DNA of 64,000 bases from contig JAZKYE010000068.1 in assembly GCA_045611965.1 (NCBI GenBank), positions 10,064 to 74,063 on the forward strand, in the 5' to 3' direction. The position numbers were made by a program, and so were the translations under genes. Shown here piece after piece: positions 18,396 to 28,334 of the stretch. Below the pieces are notes generated by a model that was not told the origin of the DNA, did not search any database, and saw only the letters and a program-made list of their open reading frames with translations. Each line of letters opens with the position of its first letter. The first letter of the stretch is position 1. This DNA is from Eubacteriales bacterium. Lineage in GTDB: Bacteria > Bacillota > Clostridia > Oscillospirales > CAG-272.

Positions 18396-19322
18396 CTAAT
18401 TATAGCTATTTTTCTTTTCCTTTAATATCTTATATAACGCGCGATAGGAATCAAGGCGCGAGGGGGCGATTTCGCCACTTTCTGCCGCGCCTGCTACCGC
18501 GCAGTCGCACGCGCTCTCGCCCGAGTGAGTGCAGTCGGAATAACGGCACCTGCCCTTGTATCTCATAATATCAGGAAAGGTTGATTCGAGGTCCTCGAGC
18601 GAGAAGAAGTCGAAGCGAGAAAAATCAATAAGCGAAAAGCCAGGGGTATCTGCAATATAGCCGCCCTCGCCTACCGAAAACAGCTCGACGTGGCGAGTCG
18701 TGTGCTTGCCGCGCTCGATTTTATGCGATATACCGCCCGTCGCAAGCGTGAGCTGTGGGAAGAGTGCGTTCATAAGCGTTGACTTTCCAACACCCGACGC
18801 CCCTGCAAATGCGGCAGTGGCGCCATCGCGAATGCTCTCGTCAACGAAGGAAAGCAGAGGCTCAATTCCTGAAAGCGACTCTGCCGAGGTTACGAAAACG
18901 CGTATATCAAGCGAGCGGTAAAGCTCGGCATATTCCTGCGCTGTATCAGAGGATAAATCCTGCTTTGTGATTACGATGACGGGGGTGATGCCGTTATGTA
19001 TGCAAATTGAGATAAGCTTGTCCACCACATCAAGCGCCGGAGCAGGCTTTTTTGCCGCAATAGTTATAAAAAGATAACTTATGTTTGCAACAGGCGGTCT
19101 TATTAGCGAATTTTTGCGCGTGAGTATTTCGCTTACTACTACGCTATCGGGCGTATCGGTATCGTATTTTACCTTGACGAAATCACCGACTAAAAGCTTG
19201 TTTTCATCCTTGTGAAGCACACCTGCCGCGCGGCAGGTGACGGTGTCGCCACAGCCGTCGAGCTTTATGGAAAACAGTCCGCCAAGTCCCTTTATTACCC
19301 GTCCTAATCTTTCTTCTATCAA
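18396..19322 (-). CDS. rsgA: Small-subunit-dependent GTPase RsgA (CpgA)
   Basis: Circularly permuted GTPase TKQD..GASGVGKS..GKHTT..DTPG, Zn finger CRYSDCTH..C. Confidence 0.96.
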   Translation of the reverse strand: MIEERLGRVIKGLGGLFSIKLDGCGDTVTCRAAGVLHKDENKLLVGDFVKVKYDTDTPDSVVVSEILTRKNSLIRPPVANISYLFITIAAKKPAPALDVVDKLISICIHNGITPVIVITKQDLSSDTAQEYAELYRSLDIRVFVTSAESLSGIEPLLSFVDESIRDGATAAFAGASGVGKSTLMNALFPQLTLATGGISHKIERGKHTTRHVELFSVGEGGYIADTPGFSLIDFSRFDFFSLEDLESTFPDIMRYKGRCRYSDCTHSGESACDCAVAGAAESGEIAPSRLDSYRALYKILKEKKNSYN

Positions 19323-19334
19323 ATCAAATCCCCA

Positions 19335-20390
19335 CTAATTATCTTTCTTTGTGCGCGTACGTCTGAGCTGACCGCACGCGCCGTTTATATCAGCGCCGAG
19401 CCTGCGCCTTACGGTTGCAACGACGCCCTTGTCGGTAAGCACCTTGCAAAAGCGCTCAATGCTCTCTTTTGTACCGCGTCTGAATGAGGTTTCCTCGACC
19501 TCGTTTACGCGGATGAGGTTTACGTGAAGCGGTGCGCCCGTGCCTGCGAATGCGCGTCTTAAAAGGTCTGCAAGAGCCGAAGCATCCTCGGGCGTATCGT
19601 TCTTGCCCTCGATAAGAGTGTATTCAAACGAAATTCTGCGACCGCACGCAATATAATAGTTACGGCAGGCGGTCAGCAGCGCGTCAATTCCCCACTTGTT
19701 GTTAATCGGCATTATCGCAGAGCGCTTTTCATCCGTCACCGCGTGAAGCGAAATTGAGAGGGTGATAGGAAAGCTTTCACGAGCAAGTCGCTCGATGCCC
19801 GAAACCACACCGCAGGTCGAAAGGGATATATGACGGTAGCCGATATTAAGACCGCGCTCGTCACCGACTAACTTCAGAAATTTAATTACGTTATCGTAGT
19901 TATCAAGCGGCTCGCCTATTCCCATCATAACGATATTGGAAACTCTCTCGCCCGTATCGCGCTGTGCGGCAATTATCTGTCCTAACAGCTCTGACGGAAG
20001 AAGGTCGCGTTCCTTACCGCCTATAGTTGAGGCGCAGAATTTGCATCCCATACGGCAACCGACCTGACTTGATATGCAAAGCGTATTGCCGTGCTTATAG
20101 CGCATAAATACGCTCTCGATGCACAATCCGTCGTGAAGCTTAAAAAGATATTTTACCGTGCCGTCTATTGACGACACGAGCTTTTCCTCGACACGGGGCA
20201 TAGTATCGAGCATAACATCGGCAAGAGTTTGCCGAAGGCTCTTTGGAATATTCGTCATTCCGTCTATTCCCTCGCCGCGCATAAGCCACGAGAATACCTG
20301 ATTTGCGCGGAATTTCTGCTGTCCTATTTTTACGAAGAAATCCGCAAGCTCGTCCTGATTTAAGGACAAAAGGTCAATTTTTTCACTCAT
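19335..20390 (-). CDS. rlmN: 23S rRNA m2A2503 methyltransferase RlmN
   Basis: CISSQVGCRMGCKFC, MGIGEP, ACGQL. Confidence 0.97.
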   Translation of the reverse strand: MSEKIDLLSLNQDELADFFVKIGQQKFRANQVFSWLMRGEGIDGMTNIPKSLRQTLADVMLDTMPRVEEKLVSSIDGTVKYLFKLHDGLCIESVFMRYKHGNTLCISSQVGCRMGCKFCASTIGGKERDLLPSELLGQIIAAQRDTGERVSNIVMMGIGEPLDNYDNVIKFLKLVGDERGLNIGYRHISLSTCGVVSGIERLARESFPITLSISLHAVTDEKRSAIMPINNKWGIDALLTACRNYYIACGRRISFEYTLIEGKNDTPEDASALADLLRRAFAGTGAPLHVNLIRVNEVEETSFRRGTKESIERFCKVLTDKGVVATVRRRLGADINGACGQLRRTRTKKDN

Positions 20391-21700
20391 CTTACTTTCC
20401 TTATAAGTGATATATAGAAGCCGTCGGTGTTGTCTATATGCGGATAGAGCGTGAGCTTACCGCTCTTATGCTCTATTTTACCGAGGCTGATTTTTTCATA
20501 CTCAAAATCCGTATGCTCTCTTACGAAGCGGTCTGTGACGTCCTCGTTCTCACGCGGATTCAGCGTGCAGGTCGAATACACTAATCTGCCGCCCACCTTA
20601 AGATACGCAGAGCTTTTAGTCAGTATTTCGTACTGAAGCTCGGGAAGCTCGCTTATCGCCGCGAGGTCCTTATAGCGCAGGTCGGGCTTCTTATGTATTA
20701 CGCCAAGTCCTGAGCAGGGCACGTCACAGATAAGCGCGTCGGCTGTGCCAAGAAGCTGCCCGCAGGGCTGTGTTGCATCTCTTTTCGCAACTGTGATATT
20801 ATCGAGCGAAAGTCGCTCAGCGCCCTCGCTGATAAGCGACAGCTTGCTTTCGTGAAGCTCAAAGGAAAAGACCTCGCCCGAGGTAAGAATTGCCGCAAGG
20901 AAGCTCTTACCGCCAGGGGCTGCACACACGTCAATTACCCTCTCGTCACCTTTAAGCGCAAGTGCCTCGACCGCGAGTCTGCTTGACTCGTCCTGCACGA
21001 AGAAGTCACCCTCGGCAAAGCCTGCGAGTGCCTTAGGCACTACGGGCGCGTCGATAAGCACGCCACGGGGCGAAAGCTCGGTGGGATACGCGCCATACTC
21101 TTTAAGTGACGCAAGCACGCTCGCTCTATCGGTGCGCCTTGTGTTGACGGTGAGGGACAGGGGTGCTTTTTTCGTAAGAGAAATCAAAAGCGCCTCTGTA
21201 TTCTCACCCACGAGAGATGCGTAATGCTTTACGAGCGCTATGGGTACTGAATATTTTACAGAGAGGTAGCGATGGGGATTTTTATCCCTCTCGGGAAGCG
21301 GTGGCTCACCCCGTCTTATAGCCTCGCGCAGGAGTGCATTTACGAAGGACCTCGCGCTCTTTTGCCTGACGAGCGCTACGGTTTCATTCACCGCCGCGTG
21401 GTCGGGTATATTCTTCATATCGTATATCTGGCAAAGCCCTATACGAAGCACGTTTTTGACGTCCGCGGATATTTTATCAATTCCTCTGCCCGATAGCGCG
21501 CAGATTGCGTAGTCGTATGCAAGCCGTCTTTCGGTTGCGGTATATAAAAGAGCGGTGAGGAAGGCGCGCTTTTCCGACGGAAGCGCCTTTACCTCTGCCG
21601 TATTCAGAAGAAGATTTACGTATCTTCCCTCAAGCTCTGCGCTAAGCATCAGGCGCAGGGCAATTTCACGAACATTACACCTTGAATTATCCATACTCAT
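20387..21700 (-). CDS. rsmB: 16S rRNA m5C967 methyltransferase RsmB (Sun)
   Basis: NusB-like N-terminus, DVCAAPGGKS, DVPCSG, YSTCT. Confidence 0.95.
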   Translation of the reverse strand: MSMDNSRCNVREIALRLMLSAELEGRYVNLLLNTAEVKALPSEKRAFLTALLYTATERRLAYDYAICALSGRGIDKISADVKNVLRIGLCQIYDMKNIPDHAAVNETVALVRQKSARSFVNALLREAIRRGEPPLPERDKNPHRYLSVKYSVPIALVKHYASLVGENTEALLISLTKKAPLSLTVNTRRTDRASVLASLKEYGAYPTELSPRGVLIDAPVVPKALAGFAEGDFFVQDESSRLAVEALALKGDERVIDVCAAPGGKSFLAAILTSGEVFSFELHESKLSLISEGAERLSLDNITVAKRDATQPCGQLLGTADALICDVPCSGLGVIHKKPDLRYKDLAAISELPELQYEILTKSSAYLKVGGRLVYSTCTLNPRENEDVTDRFVREHTDFEYEKISLGKIEHKSGKLTLYPHIDNTDGFYISLIRKVR

Positions 21701-22419
21701 CTTCTGTTTCTTCTGTTACCAAAGAGGATTACAAGCAGGCGAAGAAGCTGTACTATTGAGGTAAGCGTTGCCGCCACGTAGGTGAGCGCCGCCGCGGAAA
21801 GCACGCGCTTTGCCGATTTAAGCTCATCCTCTGAATACCAGCCGCTGTCGCGAAGGGCGCGTATAGCGCGGCTCGATGCGTTGAACTCGCACGGAAGGGT
21901 TACGAGCTGAAAGAGCGTGGTACAGGAAAACAAAAGGATACCGATAAGAAGCACAATCTCACCGAGCGCACTCTGCGCGGCAATAACGAGAGCACCGATA
22001 AGGATAAATACCCACGACATACGCGAGGCTATATTCGTAATCGGCACAAGAGCACCGCGAAGCTTTATCGGAAAATACCCTACGTTGTGCTGAATTGCGT
22101 GACCTGCCTCGTGAGCGGCAACACCGATAGCCGCGCAGCTGGGTGAGGAAATAACGCTCTCTGACAGAGCAAGCACGTTAGTCCTCGGATTAAAGTGGTC
22201 GGTAAGATGTCCGCCAACCGACGCTATGCTCACGCTGTATATTCCGTTTCGCTCAAGTATCATACGCGCAACGTCGTAGGCGCTTCTGCCTGCACGCGTG
22301 AATCTGCCCGACTCACGTCGGAAGGTCCCGGACACCTTCATCTGTGCATAGAGTGAAAGCAATACAGTCAGTATGAAGAGCACGTAAAGATACGGCTCAA
22401 GCATCAGCAAAAAATTCAT
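21697..22419 (-). CDS. YugP-like membrane zinc metallopeptidase
   Basis: LTDHFNP, AAHEAGHAIQH, EFNASSRA, AAALTYVAA. Confidence 0.92.
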   Translation of the reverse strand: MNFLLMLEPYLYVLFILTVLLSLYAQMKVSGTFRRESGRFTRAGRSAYDVARMILERNGIYSVSIASVGGHLTDHFNPRTNVLALSESVISSPSCAAIGVAAHEAGHAIQHNVGYFPIKLRGALVPITNIASRMSWVFILIGALVIAAQSALGEIVLLIGILLFSCTTLFQLVTLPCEFNASSRAIRALRDSGWYSEDELKSAKRVLSAAALTYVAATLTSIVQLLRLLVILFGNRRNRR

Positions 22420-23348
22420 ACAAAGCTATCTCCAAGCTCAATTTTTCTTCCGCGGATATAGTCACCCGCGCTCATTTTTCCCTTGCCCTCGGGTATTACG
22501 CCGCGTATAGCAAGCGCACCCTCGGCACAGGCAACGGTGATACAGCCCTCGCCCTTGGAATCAAGCGCGATAACCTCACCTACCTTACCGCTACCCTCGG
22601 TAGCAGTAACCTTAAATATTTTAAGCATTTTGCCCTTGTGATATACAAAAGCGCCGGGGATAGGAATTACACCGCGCGCTCTTGCGCTTACCGTCCTTGC
22701 GTCAAGGCTGAAATCAACAAGGCAGTCGCTCTTCTCAATTTTTTGTGCATAGGTAGCAAGGGCGTCATCCTGCGGTGTGCGTGCGGTCTTGCCCTCTGCC
22801 ATAGCAAATATAGTGCGGGAAAGAAGCGCCGCACCTATTTCGGCACTTCTGTCGTGAATTGCCTCAAAATCGTCACTGTCGGAAATCGCAAACTCTTCGG
22901 TTGCGATAATATCACCCGTGTCAAGTCCCTCGTTCATATACATAACGGTAACGCCCGTCTTGCTTTCGCCTGCCATAATAGCTCTCTGCATCGGGGCGGC
23001 GCCGCGATACTTGGGAAGCAAGGACACGTGAAGGTTTATACATCCCATAGGCGGTGCGTTAAGCACCCTCGGCTTAAGTATCTTGCCAAAGGCAACCACG
23101 ACGATAAGGTCGGGGGCAAGGCGGTCAAGCTCATTAAGAAAGTCCTCGTCACTAAGCTTATTCGGTGTAAGCACGGGAAGCCCCAGCTCAAGCGCGGTAC
23201 GCTTTACGGGGGTGGGAAGCAACGCACCGCCTCTGCGCCTCGGCTTATCCTCGCCCGTTACCGCGCAAATGACCTCGTGGCCGTCAGAAACAAGAGCGTT
23301 AAGCACACTCGCCGCGATGTCGGGCGTGCCCATAAACATAATTCTCAT
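22416..23348 (-). CDS. fmt: Methionyl-tRNA formyltransferase
   Basis: FMGTP, NLHVSLLPKYRGAAP, GLDTG. Confidence 0.97.
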   Translation of the reverse strand: MRIMFMGTPDIAASVLNALVSDGHEVICAVTGEDKPRRRGGALLPTPVKRTALELGLPVLTPNKLSDEDFLNELDRLAPDLIVVVAFGKILKPRVLNAPPMGCINLHVSLLPKYRGAAPMQRAIMAGESKTGVTVMYMNEGLDTGDIIATEEFAISDSDDFEAIHDRSAEIGAALLSRTIFAMAEGKTARTPQDDALATYAQKIEKSDCLVDFSLDARTVSARARGVIPIPGAFVYHKGKMLKIFKVTATEGSGKVGEVIALDSKGEGCITVACAEGALAIRGVIPEGKGKMSAGDYIRGRKIELGDSFV

Positions 23349-23369
23349 AAAATCACCTCGCGCAAATGA

Positions 23370-23831
23370 TCAGTCCTTGGGAACGTAGGGGCGAGTCTGA
23401 AAATCGGTATATATTTTTCCGTCAAGATGATCACACTCGTGGCAGATAGCGCGGCAGAGCAGTCCGTCTGCCTCAACCTCGTAGGGCTTACCATCTCTGT
23501 CAAGAGCGCGCATAGTTACCTTGGCAGGGCGCTTTACGTAGCCCCATTTGCCGGGGTTGGAAAGGCAGCCCTCAACGTCCTCAACCTCACCCTCGCGCTT
23601 TATTATCTCGGGGTTTATGAGAACGTGAACTACACCCTCTTCCGCCTCGATAACCGCGATGCGACGAAGAATTCCGACCTGGGGCGCGGCAAGTCCGCAG
23701 CCGTCTGCCTTACGCATAGTTTCTATCATATCGTCGATAAGCGTGCGTATTTTGGGTGTGATCTCATCTACGGGGCGGCACTTCTTGCGAAGAAGCTCGT
23801 CACCGAATTTAAGAATATTAAGAATAGCCAT
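23370..23831 (-). CDS. def: Peptide deformylase
   Basis: GCGLAAPQVG, EGCLS, HECDHLDG. Confidence 0.97.
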   Translation of the reverse strand: MAILNILKFGDELLRKKCRPVDEITPKIRTLIDDMIETMRKADGCGLAAPQVGILRRIAVIEAEEGVVHVLINPEIIKREGEVEDVEGCLSNPGKWGYVKRPAKVTMRALDRDGKPYEVEADGLLCRAICHECDHLDGKIYTDFQTRPYVPKD

Positions 23832-23843
23832 AATTCACCTCTG

Positions 23844-26084
23844 TTATACCGTCATTGGATTTAAGTCAACCGAGAGCACTACGTCTGTGCCAAGTGATGA
23901 AAATTCACGAAGAAGCGACGATAGCATCGCGCGCACCTCGGCACAAAGCTTGCACTTTATAACGGTTTTCATTCTGTATTTTTCATTTACCCTATACACG
24001 CTCGCCTCAAACGGGCCGAAAACGACGAAGGGCAATCTTCCTATATCCCCCGACAAAATCTCAACGAGTCTGTCAGAGAGCCGCTTTGCCATATCCTTAA
24101 GTGCCTGCTCGTCCTCAGAGGTCTGCGTCAGGGTTACCATATCGCAAAACGGCGGAAGCGTGAGCTCTCGTCTTAAGGCAAGCTCGCCCTCGGCAAAGGT
24201 ATCATAATCCTGCGCGCACGCAAGCCTTATGGTTTCATTTTTGGGCGAGTAGGTCTGTATTACCGCAAGTCCGCCCGACCTTGCGCGTCCGGCTCTGCCT
24301 ATAACCTGCGTCAACAGCGAGAAGGTTCGCTCGCCTGCGCGGAAGTCACCCGTGTGAAGCGACGCGTCTGCAAGCGCAACGCCTACGAGCGTCACCCTCG
24401 GAAAATCGTGTCCCTTGGCAACCATCTGCGTGCCGAGAAGCACGTCTGCCTCGCCTGCTCTGAAGCCCTCAAGAAGTCTGTCGTAGGCAAGCTTGCCCTG
24501 CGTGGTATCTGCATCCATACGCATCAGGCTAAGCTCCGGCAGATATTTTGACATTTCAGCTTCAAGCTTCTGCGTGCCGAAGCCGAGAAAGGACAGCTTA
24601 TCCGACTCGCACGAGGGGCATTTTCTGATCATAGGGCTCGTATATCCGCAGGTGTGGCACATAAGCTTTCCGCCGCCGTCTGCGTGGTAGGTCAGAGATA
24701 CCGAGCATCGCTTGCACATCAGCGCTTCACCGCACCCCTTGCATATAACCTGACTGTTATAGCCGCGTCTGTTAAGGAAGAGTATTGCCTGCTCTTCTCT
24801 GTCCGACACGCCCTGAAGCGATTCGAGCAGACGCTGGCTTATCGGCGTGGTGTTGCCGAGGCGAAGCTCTTCTCTCATATCAACGATGACAGCATCGGGA
24901 AGCGTTACACCGCCGTATCGCTCTTTTATAGGAATGTAGGTATATCTTCCCTCTCTCGCCTTGTGGTAGCTCTCAACCGAGGGTGTTGCAGAGGCAAGAA
25001 GCAGAAGCGCCTTATCCCTTTTACACAAATACGCCGCAACGTCGCGCGCGTGGTATTTCGGATCACTTTCCGACTTGTAGGTATGCTCGTGCTCTTCGTC
25101 TATAACGACAAGTCCTAAATTCTCAATAGGACAAAGCACCGCTGATCGCGTGCCAATGACGAGATCAACCTCACCGCGCCTTATTCTTCTGTACGCGTCC
25201 TGACGCTCGCCGGCAGAGAGCGACGAGTGTATCACGGCAACGCGTGAGCCGTAGCGACGGCAGAAAAGTCCGACCGTCTGCGGTGTCAGGGATATTTCGG
25301 GCACCATCATAACGACGCGCCTGCCGTCTGCGTGAGCCTTATCAATAGCGCGCATAATGACCTTAGTCTTTCCGCTTCCCGTAACACCGTGAAGCAACGC
25401 GCATCTGGCGCAATCTTCGCCGTAAAGCTCGGTTATTTTTGAAAATGCGCTCATCTGCGCTGTCGAAAGGGCAATTTCCTCCCTCTCGCCACTACCTATA
25501 CCTGCATAGGGGTTTCTTATATTTTCGATTTCGCACGAGGTTACTATACCCTTTTCGATAAGAGCGGATATATTAGCACCCGTCACGCGCGGAAGCCGGC
25601 GCACTATCTCTCTGTCACACTCGCCCTTGCCTATAAGGAACTCAATAACGGCGCGCTGTCCCTCGCTTCTGATGCCCGACCGACCTGTACGCGAAAGAAG
25701 CTCGCCTGCCTCGGTGTCGGATATTTTCAGCGACAAAAGCCGCCTTGTGCTGACGTTCTCACCGTGAAGCGCGCCGGGGGGAAGTATAGCCTTTACCGCC
25801 TCGCCGACGGTGCAAAGGGTGTATTCCTTTAAAAACAAGGCTAGCCCGCGCATATTCTCGGTGAGGGCAAAATCCCGAAGAACCACCGAATGCACGGGCT
25901 TGATAAGCCTTATATCGGTGTCGGTCGTTTCCTTGGTACGCATAACGACACCGAGTCTGTTTTTGTTTGCCCTGCCAAACGGAACTAAAACGAGCGAGCC
26001 CGTCTTAACGTCCTCTACCGAGCTGTAATCAAAGGCGCGATCCAGATGATATGGCAGATCAAAAAGATAAACCTCACAAAACAT
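23844..26084 (-). CDS. priA: Primosomal protein N' (PriA)
   Basis: GVTGSGKT, DEEH, SATP, four CxxC, QVIGRAGR. Confidence 0.97.
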   Translation of the reverse strand: MFCEVYLFDLPYHLDRAFDYSSVEDVKTGSLVLVPFGRANKNRLGVVMRTKETTDTDIRLIKPVHSVVLRDFALTENMRGLALFLKEYTLCTVGEAVKAILPPGALHGENVSTRRLLSLKISDTEAGELLSRTGRSGIRSEGQRAVIEFLIGKGECDREIVRRLPRVTGANISALIEKGIVTSCEIENIRNPYAGIGSGEREEIALSTAQMSAFSKITELYGEDCARCALLHGVTGSGKTKVIMRAIDKAHADGRRVVMMVPEISLTPQTVGLFCRRYGSRVAVIHSSLSAGERQDAYRRIRRGEVDLVIGTRSAVLCPIENLGLVVIDEEHEHTYKSESDPKYHARDVAAYLCKRDKALLLLASATPSVESYHKAREGRYTYIPIKERYGGVTLPDAVIVDMREELRLGNTTPISQRLLESLQGVSDREEQAILFLNRRGYNSQVICKGCGEALMCKRCSVSLTYHADGGGKLMCHTCGYTSPMIRKCPSCESDKLSFLGFGTQKLEAEMSKYLPELSLMRMDADTTQGKLAYDRLLEGFRAGEADVLLGTQMVAKGHDFPRVTLVGVALADASLHTGDFRAGERTFSLLTQVIGRAGRARSGGLAVIQTYSPKNETIRLACAQDYDTFAEGELALRRELTLPPFCDMVTLTQTSEDEQALKDMAKRLSDRLVEILSGDIGRLPFVVFGPFEASVYRVNEKYRMKTVIKCKLCAEVRAMLSSLLREFSSLGTDVVLSVDLNPMTV

Positions 26085-26130
26085 CCGTCACCCTCACAAA
26101 AATCGCAGTTTAGGTCGGGATAAGGAAAAC

Positions 26131-26403
26131 TTATTCCTCGCCCTCGTAGCGCGAAAGCTCAAATCTGCCCGAAACGAGCTTACCGATAGCGATCTTAACC
26201 GCCTTCTGATCCTTGTACTCGGGATCGATAAGCGCGGAAATGGGCTTCTCGGTTTCCTTGTTGTCGATCATTCTCTGTGCCTTCTGACGCATAGCAACAT
26301 ACTCGTCAGTAACAATTCTTGCACACTTTGCAACACCGAGAACTAACTCGTAACGGTTGATGCCGTTTCTCTTGGTAAGCTGATCAATGGTTGGATAAAT
26401 CAT
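26131..26403 (-). CDS. rpoZ: RNA polymerase omega subunit
   Basis: MIYPTID..NRYELV..AK.AR; conserved position before priA. Confidence 0.88.
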   Translation of the reverse strand: MIYPTIDQLTKRNGINRYELVLGVAKCARIVTDEYVAMRQKAQRMIDNKETEKPISALIDPEYKDQKAVKIAIGKLVSGRFELSRYEGEE

Positions 26404-26447
26404 CGTATATCTCCCTAAAAAATTATTCTTAAAATAAAAAGTTGTTA

Positions 26448-26723
26448 TTATTCCTCGTCATCAAGCTCGTCAAGCTCGTCGTCGCTGGCAAGTCTGCCCG
26501 CAACGGTTTCTGCCTGAATAGCCGAGAGGATAACGTGGTCCGAGTCTGTAACGATTACCGAGCGCGTTCTTCTGCCGCAGGACACGTCAATAACGCGTCC
26601 GTCCTCCTTTGCGTCCTGAACAAGGCGCTTGATCGGTGCTGAATCGGGGCTGGCGATAGTGATTATTCTGCCTGCCGCAACCATATTTCCAAATCCGATG
26701 TTGATAAATCTCATATCCGCCAC
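26448..26723 (-). CDS. remA: RemA/DUF370 regulator
   Basis: [25 protein letters not shown]. Confidence 0.92.
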   Translation of the reverse strand: MADMRFINIGFGNMVAAGRIITIASPDSAPIKRLVQDAKEDGRVIDVSCGRRTRSVIVTDSDHVILSAIQAETVAGRLASDDELDELDDEE

Positions 26724-27611
26724 CTACTCAACGTTCTGAATCTGCTCGCGTATCTTCTCAATAACGCCCTTCATATCGACCACTATTCTGCCGATAGCGG
26801 CATTATTGCATTTAGAGCCTATCGTGTTGGTTTCTCTGTTCATTTCCTGAACGATGAAGTCAAGCTTTCTGCCCGACGGCTCGTCAAGGTCGGAAATCTC
26901 AAGAAACGCGTCAAAGTGCGCGCGGAGCCTTACGAGCTCTTCGTCAATGGCAATCTTGTCCTGAAATATCGCGCACTCGGCAAGAAGCCTGCTCTCGTCA
27001 ACCTCGATGCCATTCTCACCAAGAAGCTTTTTGAGTCTGGCTTCAAGCTTATCTCGGTAGCCTACGGTATCGGTCGCGGAAATCTTCTCTATTCTGTCCG
27101 TCATCTCACGAAGCGAGATAAGCTTTGAGGACACGTCCTCACGAATTCTGTCGCCCTCTGCCTCGCGCATAGCGAGATGTCCGTCAGCCGCCTCGCACAG
27201 CGCCTCGCGTATTACCGCAAAGTCTGCCTCGACGTCGCACTCATCACGCTTTGATTTAATAACGTCCTGCGCGCGAACAACGCTCATAACACCGACGTCG
27301 TCCTTAAGAGAAAGCTCGACGGCAAGAGTACGAAGCGCCTCAACGTAGCTGCGCGCAAGCTCAATATCGGGGATGAACTCGCATTTCGTATCGCGTCCGT
27401 CGTCAACGGTGACGAAGATATCAACCTTTCCGCGCGAGATGTATCCGTCCATGATGCAGGACTTGATTTTTTCCTCAAGCTCGATATAGGTACGCGGTAT
27501 CTTCACCGACGCGTCAAAGAAGCGCGAGTTTACGCTCTTTATCTCGACCGTAACCGAAAGTCCGTCACGGCTTGCCTTGGCTCTGCCAAAGGCGGTCATA
27601 CTTTTAATCAT
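26724..27611 (-). CDS. yicC: YicC/YloC endoribonuclease
   Basis: SMTAFGR, EIKSVNSR, GRKLDF..QEMNRE.NT, EKIREQIQNVE. Confidence 0.95.
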   Translation of the reverse strand: MIKSMTAFGRAKASRDGLSVTVEIKSVNSRFFDASVKIPRTYIELEEKIKSCIMDGYISRGKVDIFVTVDDGRDTKCEFIPDIELARSYVEALRTLAVELSLKDDVGVMSVVRAQDVIKSKRDECDVEADFAVIREALCEAADGHLAMREAEGDRIREDVSSKLISLREMTDRIEKISATDTVGYRDKLEARLKKLLGENGIEVDESRLLAECAIFQDKIAIDEELVRLRAHFDAFLEISDLDEPSGRKLDFIVQEMNRETNTIGSKCNNAAIGRIVVDMKGVIEKIREQIQNVE

Positions 27612-27637
27612 ATCAAAGCCACGGGCAGGGTTACCCG

Positions 27638-28102
27638 TCAATCCTTTTTCTTTTTCGTGGTTTTCTTGCCAAGTCGCTTTATCTCAGACATAAACGAGTC
27701 AACGTCAGAGAACTCGCGGTACACGCTCGCAAAGCGTATGTAGGACACGATATCGACCTCGCGAAGTCTGTCAAGGACCATCTCACCGATATTCCTTGAA
27801 AATATCTCTGATGCGATAGAATCGCGAAGCTCTGCCTCAACCGAGTCGGCTATCTTATCTGCGTCAACGGGACGCTTCTGGCACGCGCGCTCGATACCGA
27901 GCTTAAGCTTGTGCTTGTCGAAGAACTCACGCTTGCCGCTTCTCTTGATAACGGTGATGGGCACGGTGTCAACGACCTCGTAGGTGGTAAAGCGTTTGCC
28001 GCACGCAGGACACTCGCGTCTGCGTTTGATGCTTGCGCCGTCCTCCTGCGGTCTTGAATCAAGCACTCTTGAATCCTGACAGCTGCAAATGGGACATTTC
28101 AT
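27638..28102 (-). CDS. nrdR: Transcriptional repressor NrdR
   Basis: MKCPIC..DSR..RRRECPAC.KRFTTYE, ATP cone, YIRFASVY. Confidence 0.97.
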   Translation of the reverse strand: MKCPICSCQDSRVLDSRPQEDGASIKRRRECPACGKRFTTYEVVDTVPITVIKRSGKREFFDKHKLKLGIERACQKRPVDADKIADSVEAELRDSIASEIFSRNIGEMVLDRLREVDIVSYIRFASVYREFSDVDSFMSEIKRLGKKTTKKKKD

Positions 28103-28268
28103 ATAATTTTGCACCTCTAAATTTAACTTATAATATTTTATCACAAATATTTATAAAAGTAAAGAGAAATTTTAAATTTTTACCCACGTTCCCTGCGCCC
28201 TATCACGAGAAGGGGTGGTGCAGGTGCATTTTGGTAAGATTTTGGGTAGCACCAATGTGACAAATTAA

Positions 28269-28312
28269 GCGCGAGAGCCACGATATGTTTTCGTAGCTCT
28301 CGCGCTGTTTTC
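28269..28312 (-). terminator. Intrinsic terminator downstream of the PAP2 gene
   Basis: GCGCGAGAGC.ACGA...TCGT.GCTCTCGCGC hairpin. Confidence 0.6.
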
Positions 28313-28334
28313 TATAGCAAATGCAAATTATAGT

